Shown: positions 19,711 to 30,708 of the stretch, piece after piece | Layout: every line of letters begins with the position of its first letter | How positions within the stretch are numbered: position 1 is the first letter of the stretch | Assembly: GCA_046569765.1 (NCBI GenBank) | Contig: JBKHWC010000008.1 | Location: forward strand, 4,280 to 68,279 | Direction: 5' to 3' | DNA from: Alphaproteobacteria bacterium | Lineage (GTDB): Bacteria > Pseudomonadota > Alphaproteobacteria > Rhodobacterales > Rhodobacteraceae | DNA: 64,000 bases | Notes under the pieces: model-generated | Databases searched by the model: none | Told to the model about the DNA's origin: nothing | What the model saw: the letters and a program-made list of their open reading frames with translations, nothing else | Position numbers and translations under genes: made by a program

Positions 19711-20552
19711 TTTACGGCTCCGAGGGTAAGGCCCGCGATGAAGTGCTTCTGCATCAGGAAGAACATCGCAACAGGCGGAAGGGCGGCGAGGATCGACCCC
19801 GCCGAGACAAGGTGCCACTGGGCGATCCACTGGCCGTTGAGGGAGGACAGTCCCGCCGTGATCGGCTGGCTGTCCACCCCTTGCGTCAGCACGGTGGCCC
19901 AGAAGAAGTCGTTCCAGATGAAGGTAAAGACAAGGACGCTCAGCGCCGCGATGGCCGGCCGCATCAGGGGCAGGACGATGTACCAGAAGATGCGCCATTC
20001 GGTGACGCCCTCGACCCGGGCGGCCTCGATCAGCTCATAGGGCAGCGCCTTGATGAAGTTCCGCATGAACAGGGTGCAGAACCCGGTCTGGAACGCGATG
20101 TGGAACAGGGCCAGCCCGTACCAGGTGTTGTACATCCCCAGTTGCAGCGTCATGTCGCGCACCGGGACCATCAGGATCTGGAACGGAACGAAGTTCCCCG
20201 CCACGAACATGAAGAACACCAGCACATTCGCCCGGAACCCATAGACCGCAAGCGCAAAGCCAGTCATCAGCGACAGCCCGACCGCGCCGATCACCGTGGG
20301 GATCGTCACCCAAAGCGAGTTGATCATGTACTGACCCATCGGCGTTTCGGTGAAGATGAAAACGTAATTCTCCCAGGCGATACCCGAGGGCACCCCGAAG
20401 TAGTTCCCCTGCGCCAGGTCCGAGGCCGGGCGCAGCGAGGTCAGCGCCACCCCCAGAAGCGGAAAGAGCCAGATCACCAGCGCGATGGGCAGGGCGATGG
20501 TGTACAGCCATTGCGCGGCGGGGCTTGATTGCTGGATGGGACGGGGAAACAT
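19707..20552 (-). CDS. Carbohydrate ABC transporter permease
   Basis: 281 aa with about 6 TM segments. EAA-like loop ELIEAARVEGVTEWRIFWYIVLP. Confidence 0.9.
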   Translation of the reverse strand: MFPRPIQQSSPAAQWLYTIALPIALVIWLFPLLGVALTSLRPASDLAQGNYFGVPSGIAWENYVFIFTETPMGQYMINSLWVTIPTVIGAVGLSLMTGFALAVYGFRANVLVFFMFVAGNFVPFQILMVPVRDMTLQLGMYNTWYGLALFHIAFQTGFCTLFMRNFIKALPYELIEAARVEGVTEWRIFWYIVLPLMRPAIAALSVLVFTFIWNDFFWATVLTQGVDSQPITAGLSSLNGQWIAQWHLVSAGSILAALPPVAMFFLMQKHFIAGLTLGAVK

Positions 20553-20553
20553 C

Positions 20554-21468
20554 TCAACGCTCCCTTTCGTCGCGCCACATCTTCCAGATGAAGCCCGAGA
20601 TGAAGACCATCATGATGGCGAACAGGACCACGGCAATCGCCGCGCCATACCCCATGCGGAAGCCGAACTCGCCCAGCGCCATTTCGAACATGTAATAGGA
20701 CAGGACGCGGGACGACCCGAAGGGCCCGCCCGAGGTCATGATCGACACCAGGTCAAAGGACCGCAGCGCGCCGATCACGGTGACGATGACCGCGATGAAG
20801 GTGGCCGGGCGCAGTTGCGGCAGCACGACATACCACAGCATCCGCCAGCCCTTGGCCCCGTCCAGCCGCGCCGCCTCGATCTGGTCGGGCGCGACGTTGT
20901 TCAGCCCGGTGAGATACAGGATCATCACATAGGCGATCTGCGGCCAAAGGCCCGCGGCGATGATGCCATAGGTGACAAGGTCCGGGTCCGCGAGGATGGC
21001 CGTGCCTTGACCGAAGAGCGACTCTGTCAGCAGATAGAGCAGCCCGAAATTCGGCGCGTAGAACCAGGCGAACATCAGGCCGACGACGACCTGGCTGATC
21101 ACGAAGGGAAAGAAGAACAGCGACTTGTACAGCCGGATGCCGGTCACCGTCTGGTTCAGGAAGATCGCGATGAGCAACCCGATCGGCAGGGCCAGCATGT
21201 AGAGGACCAGCCATTTCAGGTTGTTCCACAAGCTCGTCTCGAAGGCCGGATCCCGCATCAGCTCGGCATAGTTCGCCATGCCCACGAAGCGCCCGGTAAA
21301 CGCGCCGTCGCGGTTGTAAAGCCCGTCCCAGTCATAGAACGACAGGCTGATGCTCTGCACGATCGGCCAAAGCACATAGACCGCGAACATGAACAGTCCC
21401 GGCGCCAGGAACAGCCAGGGCGCAAGCCGCCGCTGGTTCCACCGCCCCGCCTTCGATGCCATCGCCAT
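20554..21468 (-). CDS. Carbohydrate ABC transporter permease
   Basis: 304 aa. EAA loop IEAARLDGAKGWRMLWYVVLP. Confidence 0.9.
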   Translation of the reverse strand: MAMASKAGRWNQRRLAPWLFLAPGLFMFAVYVLWPIVQSISLSFYDWDGLYNRDGAFTGRFVGMANYAELMRDPAFETSLWNNLKWLVLYMLALPIGLLIAIFLNQTVTGIRLYKSLFFFPFVISQVVVGLMFAWFYAPNFGLLYLLTESLFGQGTAILADPDLVTYGIIAAGLWPQIAYVMILYLTGLNNVAPDQIEAARLDGAKGWRMLWYVVLPQLRPATFIAVIVTVIGALRSFDLVSIMTSGGPFGSSRVLSYYMFEMALGEFGFRMGYGAAIAVVLFAIMMVFISGFIWKMWRDERER

Positions 21469-21522
21469 GCCGTCCCCCGTGAAAAAGGGCGCCCCCGCGA
21501 CAGGGGCGCCCGGATCGTCGGA

Positions 21523-22776
21523 TCACTGCGGATAAAGCCGCAGACGGGTCGCTTCCAGCCGCTCGAGGATCGCCTCAAGCTGCTCGGGCTGCACCAGGAA
21601 TTGCTGGAAGCCTTCCATGCCGGCCTTGGCATATTCCGCATCCGCGTCGCGGTCCCAGAACTGCGCAATCCCGCCCGTCGCGGTGGACAGCGCCTCGAAG
21701 CCCGCCGTCAGGAACGGATCGGCCGGATCGACCGTCGCGTTCTTGTTGGTCGGCAGCTGGCCAACGGCCGCATTCCACTTGGACTGCGCCTCGGCCGAGG
21801 CGACATAGGCCAGGAACGCCTTCGCATCCTCGGGGTTCTTCGCCCCCGACGTCAGGTGGATCGTATCGGTCGGCGCTTCCTCGGCCCGGGCGATGCCCGC
21901 GGTGATCTCGGGGAACACCATGAAGCCGAGGTTGTCGTTCGTCATCCCGCCTTCCTTGAAGACGCCCACGGCAAAGTTGCCCATCACATAGTTGGCCGCC
22001 TTGCCCTGCACGAAGATCGCCGCCGCATCCTGCCAGTCGATCGCGGCATGGTTCGCCGTGACATAGGGCTGCAGCTTGCCCAGGTTCTCGAACACGGCCC
22101 GCGCCTCGGGCGAGGTCCACGAGATCTTGCCCGCCGCCAGGTCGCTGTGGAACTGATAGCCGTTGGTGCGCAAGCTGACGTAGTCGAAGATGCCCGCGAC
22201 CGGCCACAGCGCCGACGACCCGGTGGTCACACAGTCGATCCCCGCGGCCTTGAACTTCTCGCAGTTGGCCAGGAACTGGTCCCAGGTCACGCCTTCCGGC
22301 CCCGGCACGTCAACGCCAGCCGCAGCGTAAGCGTCGCGGTTATAATAGATGCCCCACTGATAGTAGGTGTAGGGGATCGCATACTGCTTGCCGTCGATGG
22401 TCGAGGACGGCACCGACGAGGCCAGCGCCTCGGTCAGACCGTTGTTCGCCCAGACGTCCGAGATATCGGCGAACAGACCCGCCTCGACGAAGGGCCGCAT
22501 CCGGTTCGCCGCATACCAGTTGGCCAGATCCGGCGGGTCCGCGGTCAGGAAGTTGCGGATCGCGTTCTTGTAGGCCTCATGGTCGAAGTTGGTCAGGACC
22601 ACGTCGATCTCGGGGTTCGCGGCCTCGAAGTCGGCGATCAGCGCCTCGGCCGCGGCCAGCGGGATCGGGTCGTAATCCGCGTTCCAGGTGACGACGCGCT
22701 TGTCCTGCGCGAAGGCCGAGGTGGACAGCATCAAGGCCGCCCCAAGCGCAAGCGCGCCCGTCAGTTTGTGAACCAT
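21523..22776 (-). CDS. Sugar ABC transporter periplasmic substrate-binding protein
   Basis: Signal peptide MVHKLTGALALGAALMLSTSAFA. 417-aa family-1 SBP architecture. First gene of the operon. Confidence 0.9.
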   Translation of the reverse strand: MVHKLTGALALGAALMLSTSAFAQDKRVVTWNADYDPIPLAAAEALIADFEAANPEIDVVLTNFDHEAYKNAIRNFLTADPPDLANWYAANRMRPFVEAGLFADISDVWANNGLTEALASSVPSSTIDGKQYAIPYTYYQWGIYYNRDAYAAAGVDVPGPEGVTWDQFLANCEKFKAAGIDCVTTGSSALWPVAGIFDYVSLRTNGYQFHSDLAAGKISWTSPEARAVFENLGKLQPYVTANHAAIDWQDAAAIFVQGKAANYVMGNFAVGVFKEGGMTNDNLGFMVFPEITAGIARAEEAPTDTIHLTSGAKNPEDAKAFLAYVASAEAQSKWNAAVGQLPTNKNATVDPADPFLTAGFEALSTATGGIAQFWDRDADAEYAKAGMEGFQQFLVQPEQLEAILERLEATRLRLYPQ

Positions 22777-22792
22777 GGTTTCCTCCCGTCTG

Positions 22793-22827
22793 GTTTCACT
22801 ATTTGAAACTTAGTCTTGAATATTGAA
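22793..22827. promoter_or_regulatory. AT-rich candidate operator region: inverted repeat gtttca-N5-tgaaac plus two further TTGAA motifs
   Basis: This is the lowest-GC stretch near here. It lies between the divergent IclR gene and the sugar ABC operon. Repeats were read directly from the sequence. Confidence 0.35.
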
Positions 22828-22878
22828 AACTATGTCGACTATCGTCTATCCTGTCAACAATGACGTAGGGGGGGGACC

Positions 22879-23679
22879 ATGGCGGCCGAGGGCCACGCGG
22901 ACGGCACGGTGGGCAAGGCGCTGGATGTGCTGGACATGGTGGCCAGCCACGGCCGCCCCGTGCGCTTTTCCGACCTGCTCACGCAATCGGCCTATCCCAA
23001 GGCCACGCTCTACCGGCTTTTGCAGACCCTGACGCATCAGGGGATGCTGACACTGGACCCCGATACCGGGACCTATGCGCTTGGCGTGCGCCTTGTGCGC
23101 CTTGCCCATGCCGCCTGGGCGCAGTCCTCGCTTGCCCCGATCGCCCGGCCCTATCTTGATGAACTGGCTGCGAAAACCGGCGAGACGATCCATCTGGCGC
23201 AGATGGACCAGGGCCAGGTCCTGTATGTCGACAAGCGCAATGCCGCCAAGCCGGTCGAGATGTTCGCCCAGGCCGGCAAGGTCGGCCCCGCCTATTGCAC
23301 CGGCGTCGGAAAGGCGATGCTCGCCTACCTGCCCTCGGACGCGCTTGAGGCCGCACTGGCCCGCCAGTCCTTCTACCGCCACACCGAACACACGCTGGAC
23401 ACGCCGCAGAAGCTGATCGCGGAACTGCAGGCGATTCGCGCCCAGGGCCATGCCTTCGACCGCGAAGAGCACGAGGCCGGAATCATCTGCTGCGCCGTCC
23501 CGATTCTCTCGCGCCAGGGCCGGGTGATGGGGGCCTTGTCGGTCACCTCGACCACGGCCCGCACGACATTGGACGCACTCGGGGCGCAGGCGCCGATGAT
23601 CAAGGACATCGCGGCGAAGATCGCCGCCGAGGCGGAAAGCTGGCGCTTTCCGGAACAGGTTCAGGGGAGGGACGAATGA
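22879..23679 (+). CDS. IclR family transcriptional regulator
   Basis: N-terminal wHTH ([23 protein letters not shown]) and a C-terminal IclR effector domain. 266 aa. Confidence 0.9.
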   Translation: MAAEGHADGTVGKALDVLDMVASHGRPVRFSDLLTQSAYPKATLYRLLQTLTHQGMLTLDPDTGTYALGVRLVRLAHAAWAQSSLAPIARPYLDELAAKTGETIHLAQMDQGQVLYVDKRNAAKPVEMFAQAGKVGPAYCTGVGKAMLAYLPSDALEAALARQSFYRHTEHTLDTPQKLIAELQAIRAQGHAFDREEHEAGIICCAVPILSRQGRVMGALSVTSTTARTTLDALGAQAPMIKDIAAKIAAEAESWRFPEQVQGRDE

Positions 23680-24728
23680 CGGGAGTGACGCTGGAAAAGG
23701 TCGTCAAACGCTATGGCGACGTGCAGGTGATCCATGGGGTCGACCTGAAGATCGACGATGGCGAATTCTGCGTCTTCGTCGGCCCCTCGGGCTGCGGGAA
23801 ATCGACGCTGCTGCGGATGATCGCGGGGCTGGAGGAAACAAGCTCCGGCGCCATCCGCATCGGCGCGCGGGACGTGACCCGGACCGATCCCAGCGAACGC
23901 GGCGTGGCGATGGTGTTCCAGACCTATGCGCTTTACCCCCACATGACCGTGGCGGAAAACATGGGCTTCGGGTTGAAGATGACCGGCCATCCCAAGGCCG
24001 AGATCGACCGCAAGGTCGCCGAGGCCGCCCGCATCCTGAAGCTGGAGCCGCTGCTGGCCCGCAAGCCCAAGGCGCTTTCCGGCGGTCAGCGCCAGCGTGT
24101 CGCCATCGGCCGGGCCATCGTCCGGGGGCCAGAGGTGTTCCTTTTCGATGAGCCTTTGTCGAACCTCGACGCCGAACTGCGGGTGGAAATGCGGGTGGAA
24201 ATCGCAAGGCTCCACCGCGAAATCGGCGCGACGATGATCTATGTGACACACGACCAGGTCGAAGCGATGACCTTGGCCGACAAGATCGTGGTCCTGCGCT
24301 CTGGCCGGATCGAGCAGGTCGGCAAGCCGCTAGACCTTTACAACGACCCCGACAACCGTTTCGTCGCCGGCTTCATCGGCTCGCCCTCGATGAACTTCGT
24401 CTCGGGCGTGGCCGAGGCTGGGGCGGTTGCGGCGAAGGGCCTGGCCGGGTCGGTGGCGACGGCGGTCGGCCTGCCCGCCAAGGGGTCCGAGGTGACCGTG
24501 GGCCTGCGCCCGCAGCACCTCAAGATCGGGCCGGGGGACACGCACCGCGTCGACCTGACCGAGGCTTTGGGCGGGGTCTCCTACGTCCACCTGACCGCGC
24601 CGTCGGGCGAAAAGCTGATCGTGGAACGCCACGACCAGGTCAGCCTGGAACCGGGCGCGAAGGTCGGGATCAGCTTCGAGGCGAAGGACGCGATGGTCTT
24701 CGACAAGGACGGGTTGCGGCTGCGCTAG
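23676..24728 (+). CDS. Sugar ABC transporter ATP-binding protein (MalK/UgpC type)
   Basis: Walker [10 protein letters not shown], signature [14 protein letters not shown], Walker [12 protein letters not shown]. Overlaps the IclR stop by 4 nt. Confidence 0.9.
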   Translation: MTGVTLEKVVKRYGDVQVIHGVDLKIDDGEFCVFVGPSGCGKSTLLRMIAGLEETSSGAIRIGARDVTRTDPSERGVAMVFQTYALYPHMTVAENMGFGLKMTGHPKAEIDRKVAEAARILKLEPLLARKPKALSGGQRQRVAIGRAIVRGPEVFLFDEPLSNLDAELRVEMRVEIARLHREIGATMIYVTHDQVEAMTLADKIVVLRSGRIEQVGKPLDLYNDPDNRFVAGFIGSPSMNFVSGVAEAGAVAAKGLAGSVATAVGLPAKGSEVTVGLRPQHLKIGPGDTHRVDLTEALGGVSYVHLTAPSGEKLIVERHDQVSLEPGAKVGISFEAKDAMVFDKDGLRLR

Positions 24729-24734
24729 CGGCAC

Positions 24735-24799
24735 CGCTCGTCGATGACTTCGTCACTCCTCGCTTCGTTGCAAGGAGAAGACGAAGTCGCACGAAGAGC
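24735..24799. repeat. Palindromic intergenic element, copy A
   Basis: Left arm cgctcgtcgatgacttcgtcactcctcgct is 29/30 identical to 29867-29896. Right arm ggagaagacgaagtcgcacgaagagc is its imperfect complement. Starts 7 nt after the stop at 24728. Confidence 0.7.
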
Positions 24800-24880
24800 A
24801 ACTTGTTAAGAAATCCTGAACGCCCGCGACCAAGCCTTTGAGTTTTAAGGGTTTATCGCGCTTGTCCACCGTGGGCAGGC

Positions 24881-25945
<1,065 letters not shown>

Positions 25946-25999
25946 TTATTGCGCAAAGGCCCCGCCCTGCTTAAGTAGGCCATCCGAACGGAGGCAACC

Positions 26000-26500
26000 A
26001 TGGCCGGACACAAACTTGACCCCATCGACCGTCAGATCCTGGCCGAGCTTCAGGCCGACGGGCGCATGACGAATGTCGAGCTGGCCAGCCGCGTCGGCAT
26101 CTCGGCCCCGCCCTGCCTGCGCCGGGTCCGGGGACTGGAGGAGGCGGGTTTTATCCGGGGCTATCACGCCGACATCGACGCGCGCGAATTGGGCTTCGAG
26201 GTTCAGGTCTTTGCCATGGTCCGCCTGAACTCCCAGGCCGAGGCCGATCTGTCGGCCTTCGAGGCGCGCTGCCGCGCCTGGCCCCTGGTCCGCGAATGTC
26301 ACATGCTGAACGGCGAGATCGACTTCATCCTGAAATGCGTCTCGCCCGACCTTTCGACCTTTCAGACCTTCCTGACGGAGGAGCTTCTGAAGGCCGACCA
26401 TGTCGCCAACGTCAAGACCAGCCTGGTGATCCGCTGCGCAAAGGACGAACCTGGCCTGCCCTTCGACGTGCTGGAGGCACGGCTGGCGAAGAACGCCTAG
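26000..26500 (+). CDS. Lrp/AsnC family transcriptional regulator
   Basis: LDPIDRQILAELQADGRMTNVELASRVGISAPPCLRRV HTH plus an AsnC-type C-terminal domain. 166 aa. Confidence 0.9.
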   Translation: MAGHKLDPIDRQILAELQADGRMTNVELASRVGISAPPCLRRVRGLEEAGFIRGYHADIDARELGFEVQVFAMVRLNSQAEADLSAFEARCRAWPLVRECHMLNGEIDFILKCVSPDLSTFQTFLTEELLKADHVANVKTSLVIRCAKDEPGLPFDVLEARLAKNA

Positions 26501-26805
26501 CGCGCGGCCTCGTGCACCGGGCGGGTCGCCGCCTTCAGCCGCATCGCAAAGCCCTTTTCGCCGGGCGCCATCCGGCGGGTGGCTGGCTGCTTGACGGACG
26601 CATACGCCGGGCGGCGCATTTCCGGGGCTTCTGCCACGGCGGCAAGCACCGAGACGATCCAGCGCCGCTTGGTCCTCAACTCGATAATCATGCTTTTCCC
26701 CGCCAGCATGCAAATCCCTGCGGGCAGACCGTGCTGCGGGAATAAGGCGGCTATGGGGAAAAGATTGGGACCAAACGGTGCATTTTCGTGCCCATTCAAG
26801 CCCAA

Positions 26806-27564
26806 TTATAGCCTTATTGTCGAGATCAGCCGCCCGTAGTCCGCCTCGCCCGCGTGGGAGGTGCGGCGGAAGGAATAGAAGCGCGCGGCGTCGCGATAGG
26901 TGCAATGGCCAGTCCATTCCGCATGGCCCACCCCGGCCCCGCGCAGCCGCCACAAGCCATAGCCTGGCAGGTCAAAGAGCATCCGGTCTCCCTGGCCATT
27001 GGCAAAGAAGCGTGTCGTTTCAGGGCCTTCGTCGCGGAAACGGTCGAAGAATTCCGGGCCCACCTCATAGGCGGCCTGGCTGATCGTCGGGCCGATCACG
27101 GCATGGATGTCGGCACGACGGGCGCCCAGGGCCTCCATCGCCTCGACCGTGGCCTCCAACACGCCATCCACGGCGCCACGCCAGCCGGCATGGGCCGCCC
27201 CCACCACACCCGCCTTGGCGTCGTGGAACAGGACCGGCTGACAATCGGCCGTCAGCACCGCCAGCAGCACGCCCGGAGTCGCCGTGACCAGCGCATCGGC
27301 CTCGGGCCGATCGGCGAGCGGGCCGGTCACGGGCACGGCCCGGGCCGAATGGACCTGGTGGACGGTGACCAGCGCCTGCGGCGCGACCCCCATCGCCTCG
27401 GCCACGCGGGCGCGGTTGATCGCCACGATCTCGGCCTGATCCGTGGACCCGGTGCCGCAGTTCAGCCCGGCGAAGATGCCCGAGGAGGCCCCGCCCTTGC
27501 GGGTAAAGAACCCATGGGGGGTGGCAAGGGCGTCCGAGGTGATGATCTCCAACATCGACTGCAT
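26806..27564 (-). CDS. pgeF: Peptidoglycan editing factor PgeF / YfiH (DUF152) family
   Basis: HGFFTRKGG, TADCQPVL and HAGWRG motifs. 252 aa. Confidence 0.85.
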   Translation of the reverse strand: MQSMLEIITSDALATPHGFFTRKGGASSGIFAGLNCGTGSTDQAEIVAINRARVAEAMGVAPQALVTVHQVHSARAVPVTGPLADRPEADALVTATPGVLLAVLTADCQPVLFHDAKAGVVGAAHAGWRGAVDGVLEATVEAMEALGARRADIHAVIGPTISQAAYEVGPEFFDRFRDEGPETTRFFANGQGDRMLFDLPGYGLWRLRGAGVGHAEWTGHCTYRDAARFYSFRRTSHAGEADYGRLISTIRL

Positions 27565-28616
27565 CAGGCAAATCCGGGGGGCAGAGGCGCGTCGGCCCGG
27601 GTCAGGGCCAGCATCTTGAACAACGAACCCATTTCTGCCGGATCGGTCAAGCGGGCATGCGCAGCCCGGTGGCTTTCCAGCGCGGCTCCGGTCAGGCCGC
27701 GGGCCAGCCGGTCGGCGCGCAACTCGATCCCGAGGCGCAAAAGGACCTGTCCTTGGGTGGCATAGGCATGGGCCGGGGCCAGCGCCGCGAGGGGTTCGAA
27801 ATCGACATGGGCGGTCAGGTCGGCCTGGCCGGGATGGGCGAGCGGCGGGTCGAAGGCATGGGCACGCAAGGCCTGCAGCGTGTCGCCCCGCGACCGCCAG
27901 CCGCCGTAGTCGATGAACAGCGCAAGGCCCCCGTGGCGCAGGATCGGGCGCAGCGCGGCGGCAACGGCAGCCTGCGCGGCGGCGGAATGTTCGACCAGAT
28001 CGCCTTGGGTCGCGGACTGGAAGGCCGGAGTTTCAGGGACCTGCGGCAAGGGCTGCGACAGGCCGAAGCCCAGTTGGTCGCCCTGCAGGCCCACCAGCCG
28101 CTCACGCCAGCCCTCGGGGGAGAGAAGGAACTGCCGGATCGGCAGGGCGTCGAGAAACTCGTTGGCGATCAGGAAGGTGGGGAGGTCGGGCAGATCTTCC
28201 ACCCGGCCAAGCCAGAGCGGCATATGGGGCGCCAGCGTCCGCGCCTGGATCGCGCGCAGGCGGGGAGAGGCTTCGACAAGCGTGATCCGGGCGGCCGCGT
28301 GGAAGCCTGGGACGCCGCGGGTTGCCCGCAGGGCATCGGCCATCAGCGTGCCCCTGCCCGGCCCAAGCTCGGCCAGGGTGAAGGGCGCGGGGGCGCCCTG
28401 GTCGAGCCAGGCCTGCGCGAGGGCAAGGCCCAGAAGCTCTCCGAACATCTGGGTGATTTCGGGGGCGGTGGTGAAGTCGCCCTTGCTCCCGAACGGCTCA
28501 CGCGTGGTGTAGTAGCCGTGGACCGGGTGCAGAAGGCACTCGGCCATGTAATCGGCGACGGTGATCGGGCCGGTCTCGCGGATGCGCTCGGCCAGCAGGC
28601 GGGCGAGCGGGGTCAT
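27564..28616 (-). CDS. Class I SAM-dependent methyltransferase (DUF185 / NDUFAF7-like)
   Basis: [20 protein letters not shown] and [12 protein letters not shown] motifs. The ATG at 28616 overlaps the lgt stop by 4 nt. Confidence 0.8.
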   Translation of the reverse strand: MTPLARLLAERIRETGPITVADYMAECLLHPVHGYYTTREPFGSKGDFTTAPEITQMFGELLGLALAQAWLDQGAPAPFTLAELGPGRGTLMADALRATRGVPGFHAAARITLVEASPRLRAIQARTLAPHMPLWLGRVEDLPDLPTFLIANEFLDALPIRQFLLSPEGWRERLVGLQGDQLGFGLSQPLPQVPETPAFQSATQGDLVEHSAAAQAAVAAALRPILRHGGLALFIDYGGWRSRGDTLQALRAHAFDPPLAHPGQADLTAHVDFEPLAALAPAHAYATQGQVLLRLGIELRADRLARGLTGAALESHRAAHARLTDPAEMGSLFKMLALTRADAPLPPGFA

Positions 28617-29482
28617 CGCGCCCGGGCGCGGGCCAGGAACCACAGGCCCGCGGCGATCATTGGCAGGGACAGGATCTGTCCCATGGTCAGGCCGAAGCCG
28701 CCGACCTGCACCGCCCAACCGATCGGATTGCCGGGCGAGACGAATTGCGCATCGGGCTGGCGGACGAACTCCACCAGAAAGCGCGCCAGGCCGTAGCCGG
28801 TCAGGAACAGCCCCATGATCGCGCCCGGCCGCTTCAGCCAGCCGCGGCGGAAGGCGAGCCAGATCAGGACGACAGCCAGCAGCAGCCCCTCAAGCGCGGC
28901 CTGGTACAGCTGGCTGGGGTGGCGGGCGCACAGGCCGACGACGCCCTCGCAGGCCTGGGCGGCCTCGCCGGGGAAGATCACCCCCCAGGGCATCGAGGTG
29001 GGGCGGCCCCAAAGCTCGGCGTTGATGAAGTTGGCCAGGCGGCCAAGCATCAGGCCCACCGGAACGGCCAGCGCCAGAAGATCGCCCATCGACAGCATCG
29101 GGATGCGCTCGCGGCGGCAGAACCACAGTCCGGCGACGACGACGCCGGCGAAACCGCCGTGGAAGGCCATGCCGCCCTCCCAGACCCGGATGATCTGAAG
29201 GGGGTCGGCAAGGTAGGTGGCGGGGTCGTAGAAGATGACATAGCCCAGGCGGCCGCCCAGGATGATGCCGACCACGGCCCAGGTGAGGAACCGCTCGACC
29301 TGATCGGGCGTCAGCGGCGGCTGACCGGCCCAGAGGTGCTGCATGCGGACGGCGCGCTGGATGATCCACCAGCCGAAGAGGATGCCCGCGATATAGGCCA
29401 GCGCATACCAGCGCAGGGCGAAGGTGAAGCCGAATAGCTCGATCTCGAACAGCGTGGGCGAGAGGTCGGGAAAGGGAATCAT
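28613..29482 (-). CDS. lgt: Prolipoprotein diacylglyceryl transferase
   Basis: [19 protein letters not shown] and [16 protein letters not shown] motifs. Confidence 0.95.
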   Translation of the reverse strand: MIPFPDLSPTLFEIELFGFTFALRWYALAYIAGILFGWWIIQRAVRMQHLWAGQPPLTPDQVERFLTWAVVGIILGGRLGYVIFYDPATYLADPLQIIRVWEGGMAFHGGFAGVVVAGLWFCRRERIPMLSMGDLLALAVPVGLMLGRLANFINAELWGRPTSMPWGVIFPGEAAQACEGVVGLCARHPSQLYQAALEGLLLAVVLIWLAFRRGWLKRPGAIMGLFLTGYGLARFLVEFVRQPDAQFVSPGNPIGWAVQVGGFGLTMGQILSLPMIAAGLWFLARARAR

Positions 29483-29603
29483 GCGGGCCTCCGTATGCCG
29501 CGCTTGTCGCGGGCGGGACGGGCGAAGTCAACCGGCGGCCCCATCCGCCTTGCCCCGGGGCCACGTCGGGGCCATATAGGGCGCAAGCGCAAAGGAGGTC
29601 CCC

Positions 29604-29861
29604 ATGCAGACCCGCAACAAGTTCCTGGACGACATGAGCCAACTGATGACCAACGCCATGGGCGTGGCTCAGGGCGCCAAGACCGAGGCGGAGACGGCGA
29701 TGCGCAGCTTCATCGACCGCTGGATGGCCGACCGGGACTTCGTGACGCGCGAGGAATTCGACGCGGCCCGGGCCATGGCCCAGAAGGCGCGCGAAGAGAA
29801 CGCGGCGCTGGAGGCCAGGATCGCGGCGCTGGAAGCGTCGCTGGCGAAGAAGAAGGGCTGA
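29604..29861 (+). CDS. ubiK: UbiK/YqiC-family accessory factor (small coiled-coil protein)
   Basis: 85 aa. NKFLDDMSQLMTNAMG N-terminus and a C-terminal coiled coil (EENAALEARIAALE), as I recall for this family. Confidence 0.7.
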   Translation: MQTRNKFLDDMSQLMTNAMGVAQGAKTEAETAMRSFIDRWMADRDFVTREEFDAARAMAQKAREENAALEARIAALEASLAKKKG

Positions 29862-29866
29862 CGGAG

Positions 29867-29938
29867 CGCTCGTCGATGACTTCGTCACTTCTCGCTGCGG
29901 GGTCCCTGCCCGACGAGGAGACGAAGTCGAACGAGGAG
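29867..29938. repeat. Palindromic intergenic element, copy B
   Basis: cgctcgtcgatgacttcgtcacttctcgct ... gaggagacgaagtcgaacgaggag. Starts 5-6 nt after the stop at 29861, between convergent genes. Confidence 0.7.
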
Positions 29939-29946
29939 GTTTCCTT

Positions 29947-30708
29947 TCACGCCCGGACCAGCCTGAACGCCGCCGAGGCGCCCCAGCCCGAGACGGCCGC
30001 CAGGACCAGCGACAACAGCCCGTAAAGCAGCGGCTGTTCCTGCGCGAGGTTGAAGATCCAGCGCTCCAGCCCCTCTTTCCGCACGCCGATCACCCGCTCC
30101 TGGCTGGCGATCACCCGCTGATCGCGCAAGAGGAACAGCCGGACCTTGTATTCCCCCTCGGTCAGGTTCGAGGGCAGCATGATGTCGGTGCGGAACAGCG
30201 TCTCTTCGGTCAGTTCGACCTTACCCTGCAACACGCGATACCGCCCTTCATTCGTGCGCACCCGCTGCAGGCCCAGAAGGAAGTCCCCCGCCTGTTCAGC
30301 CTCGGCCGTGATGCCGACGGCGCGGATCACGCGTTCGATGGTGATGGCGTGGCGCAGGTCTTCCGTTTCGGACAGGATGTGATCCAAGGGCCCGGTTGTC
30401 GCCACGGCATAGAAGCTGGGCGCGCTGTCGACCCGGACCTCGGCATTGTTCAGCCAGATTCCTGCCACCCGATCCTTGCGCCGGACCGTGACCGCGGTCG
30501 ATGGCCCCTCGACCGTCACGATCACCTCTAGTGGGCCCTGCCCTTCCGGCACCGGGGTGTCGCGCTTGACTGCGCCGTAGATCAGGATCTCGGAGCCTTC
30601 GAAATCGGCGGTGATCGACACGCGGTTCTGGCTCATCCCCGCAACGATCTGCTCTTGCGCGGCGGCGGGCAGTGTCAGGGCGAAGAGTATCAGTGCGAGC
30701 CGAATCAT
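29947..30708 (-). CDS. TIGR02186-family membrane protein (usual partner of TauE/SafE in alphaproteobacteria)
   Basis: Signal peptide MIRLALILFALTLPAAA plus a C-terminal TM segment. The ATG at 30708 overlaps the upstream gene's stop by 4 nt. Confidence 0.75.
   Translation of the reverse strand: MIRLALILFALTLPAAAQEQIVAGMSQNRVSITADFEGSEILIYGAVKRDTPVPEGQGPLEVIVTVEGPSTAVTVRRKDRVAGIWLNNAEVRVDSAPSFYAVATTGPLDHILSETEDLRHAITIERVIRAVGITAEAEQAGDFLLGLQRVRTNEGRYRVLQGKVELTEETLFRTDIMLPSNLTEGEYKVRLFLLRDQRVIASQERVIGVRKEGLERWIFNLAQEQPLLYGLLSLVLAAVSGWGASAAFRLVRA

Noticed and set aside
20485-22806. 773-aa plus-strand ORF
   Set aside because: It is antisense to the ABC permease and SBP genes. It has low-complexity R/G/D/P composition with no motifs.
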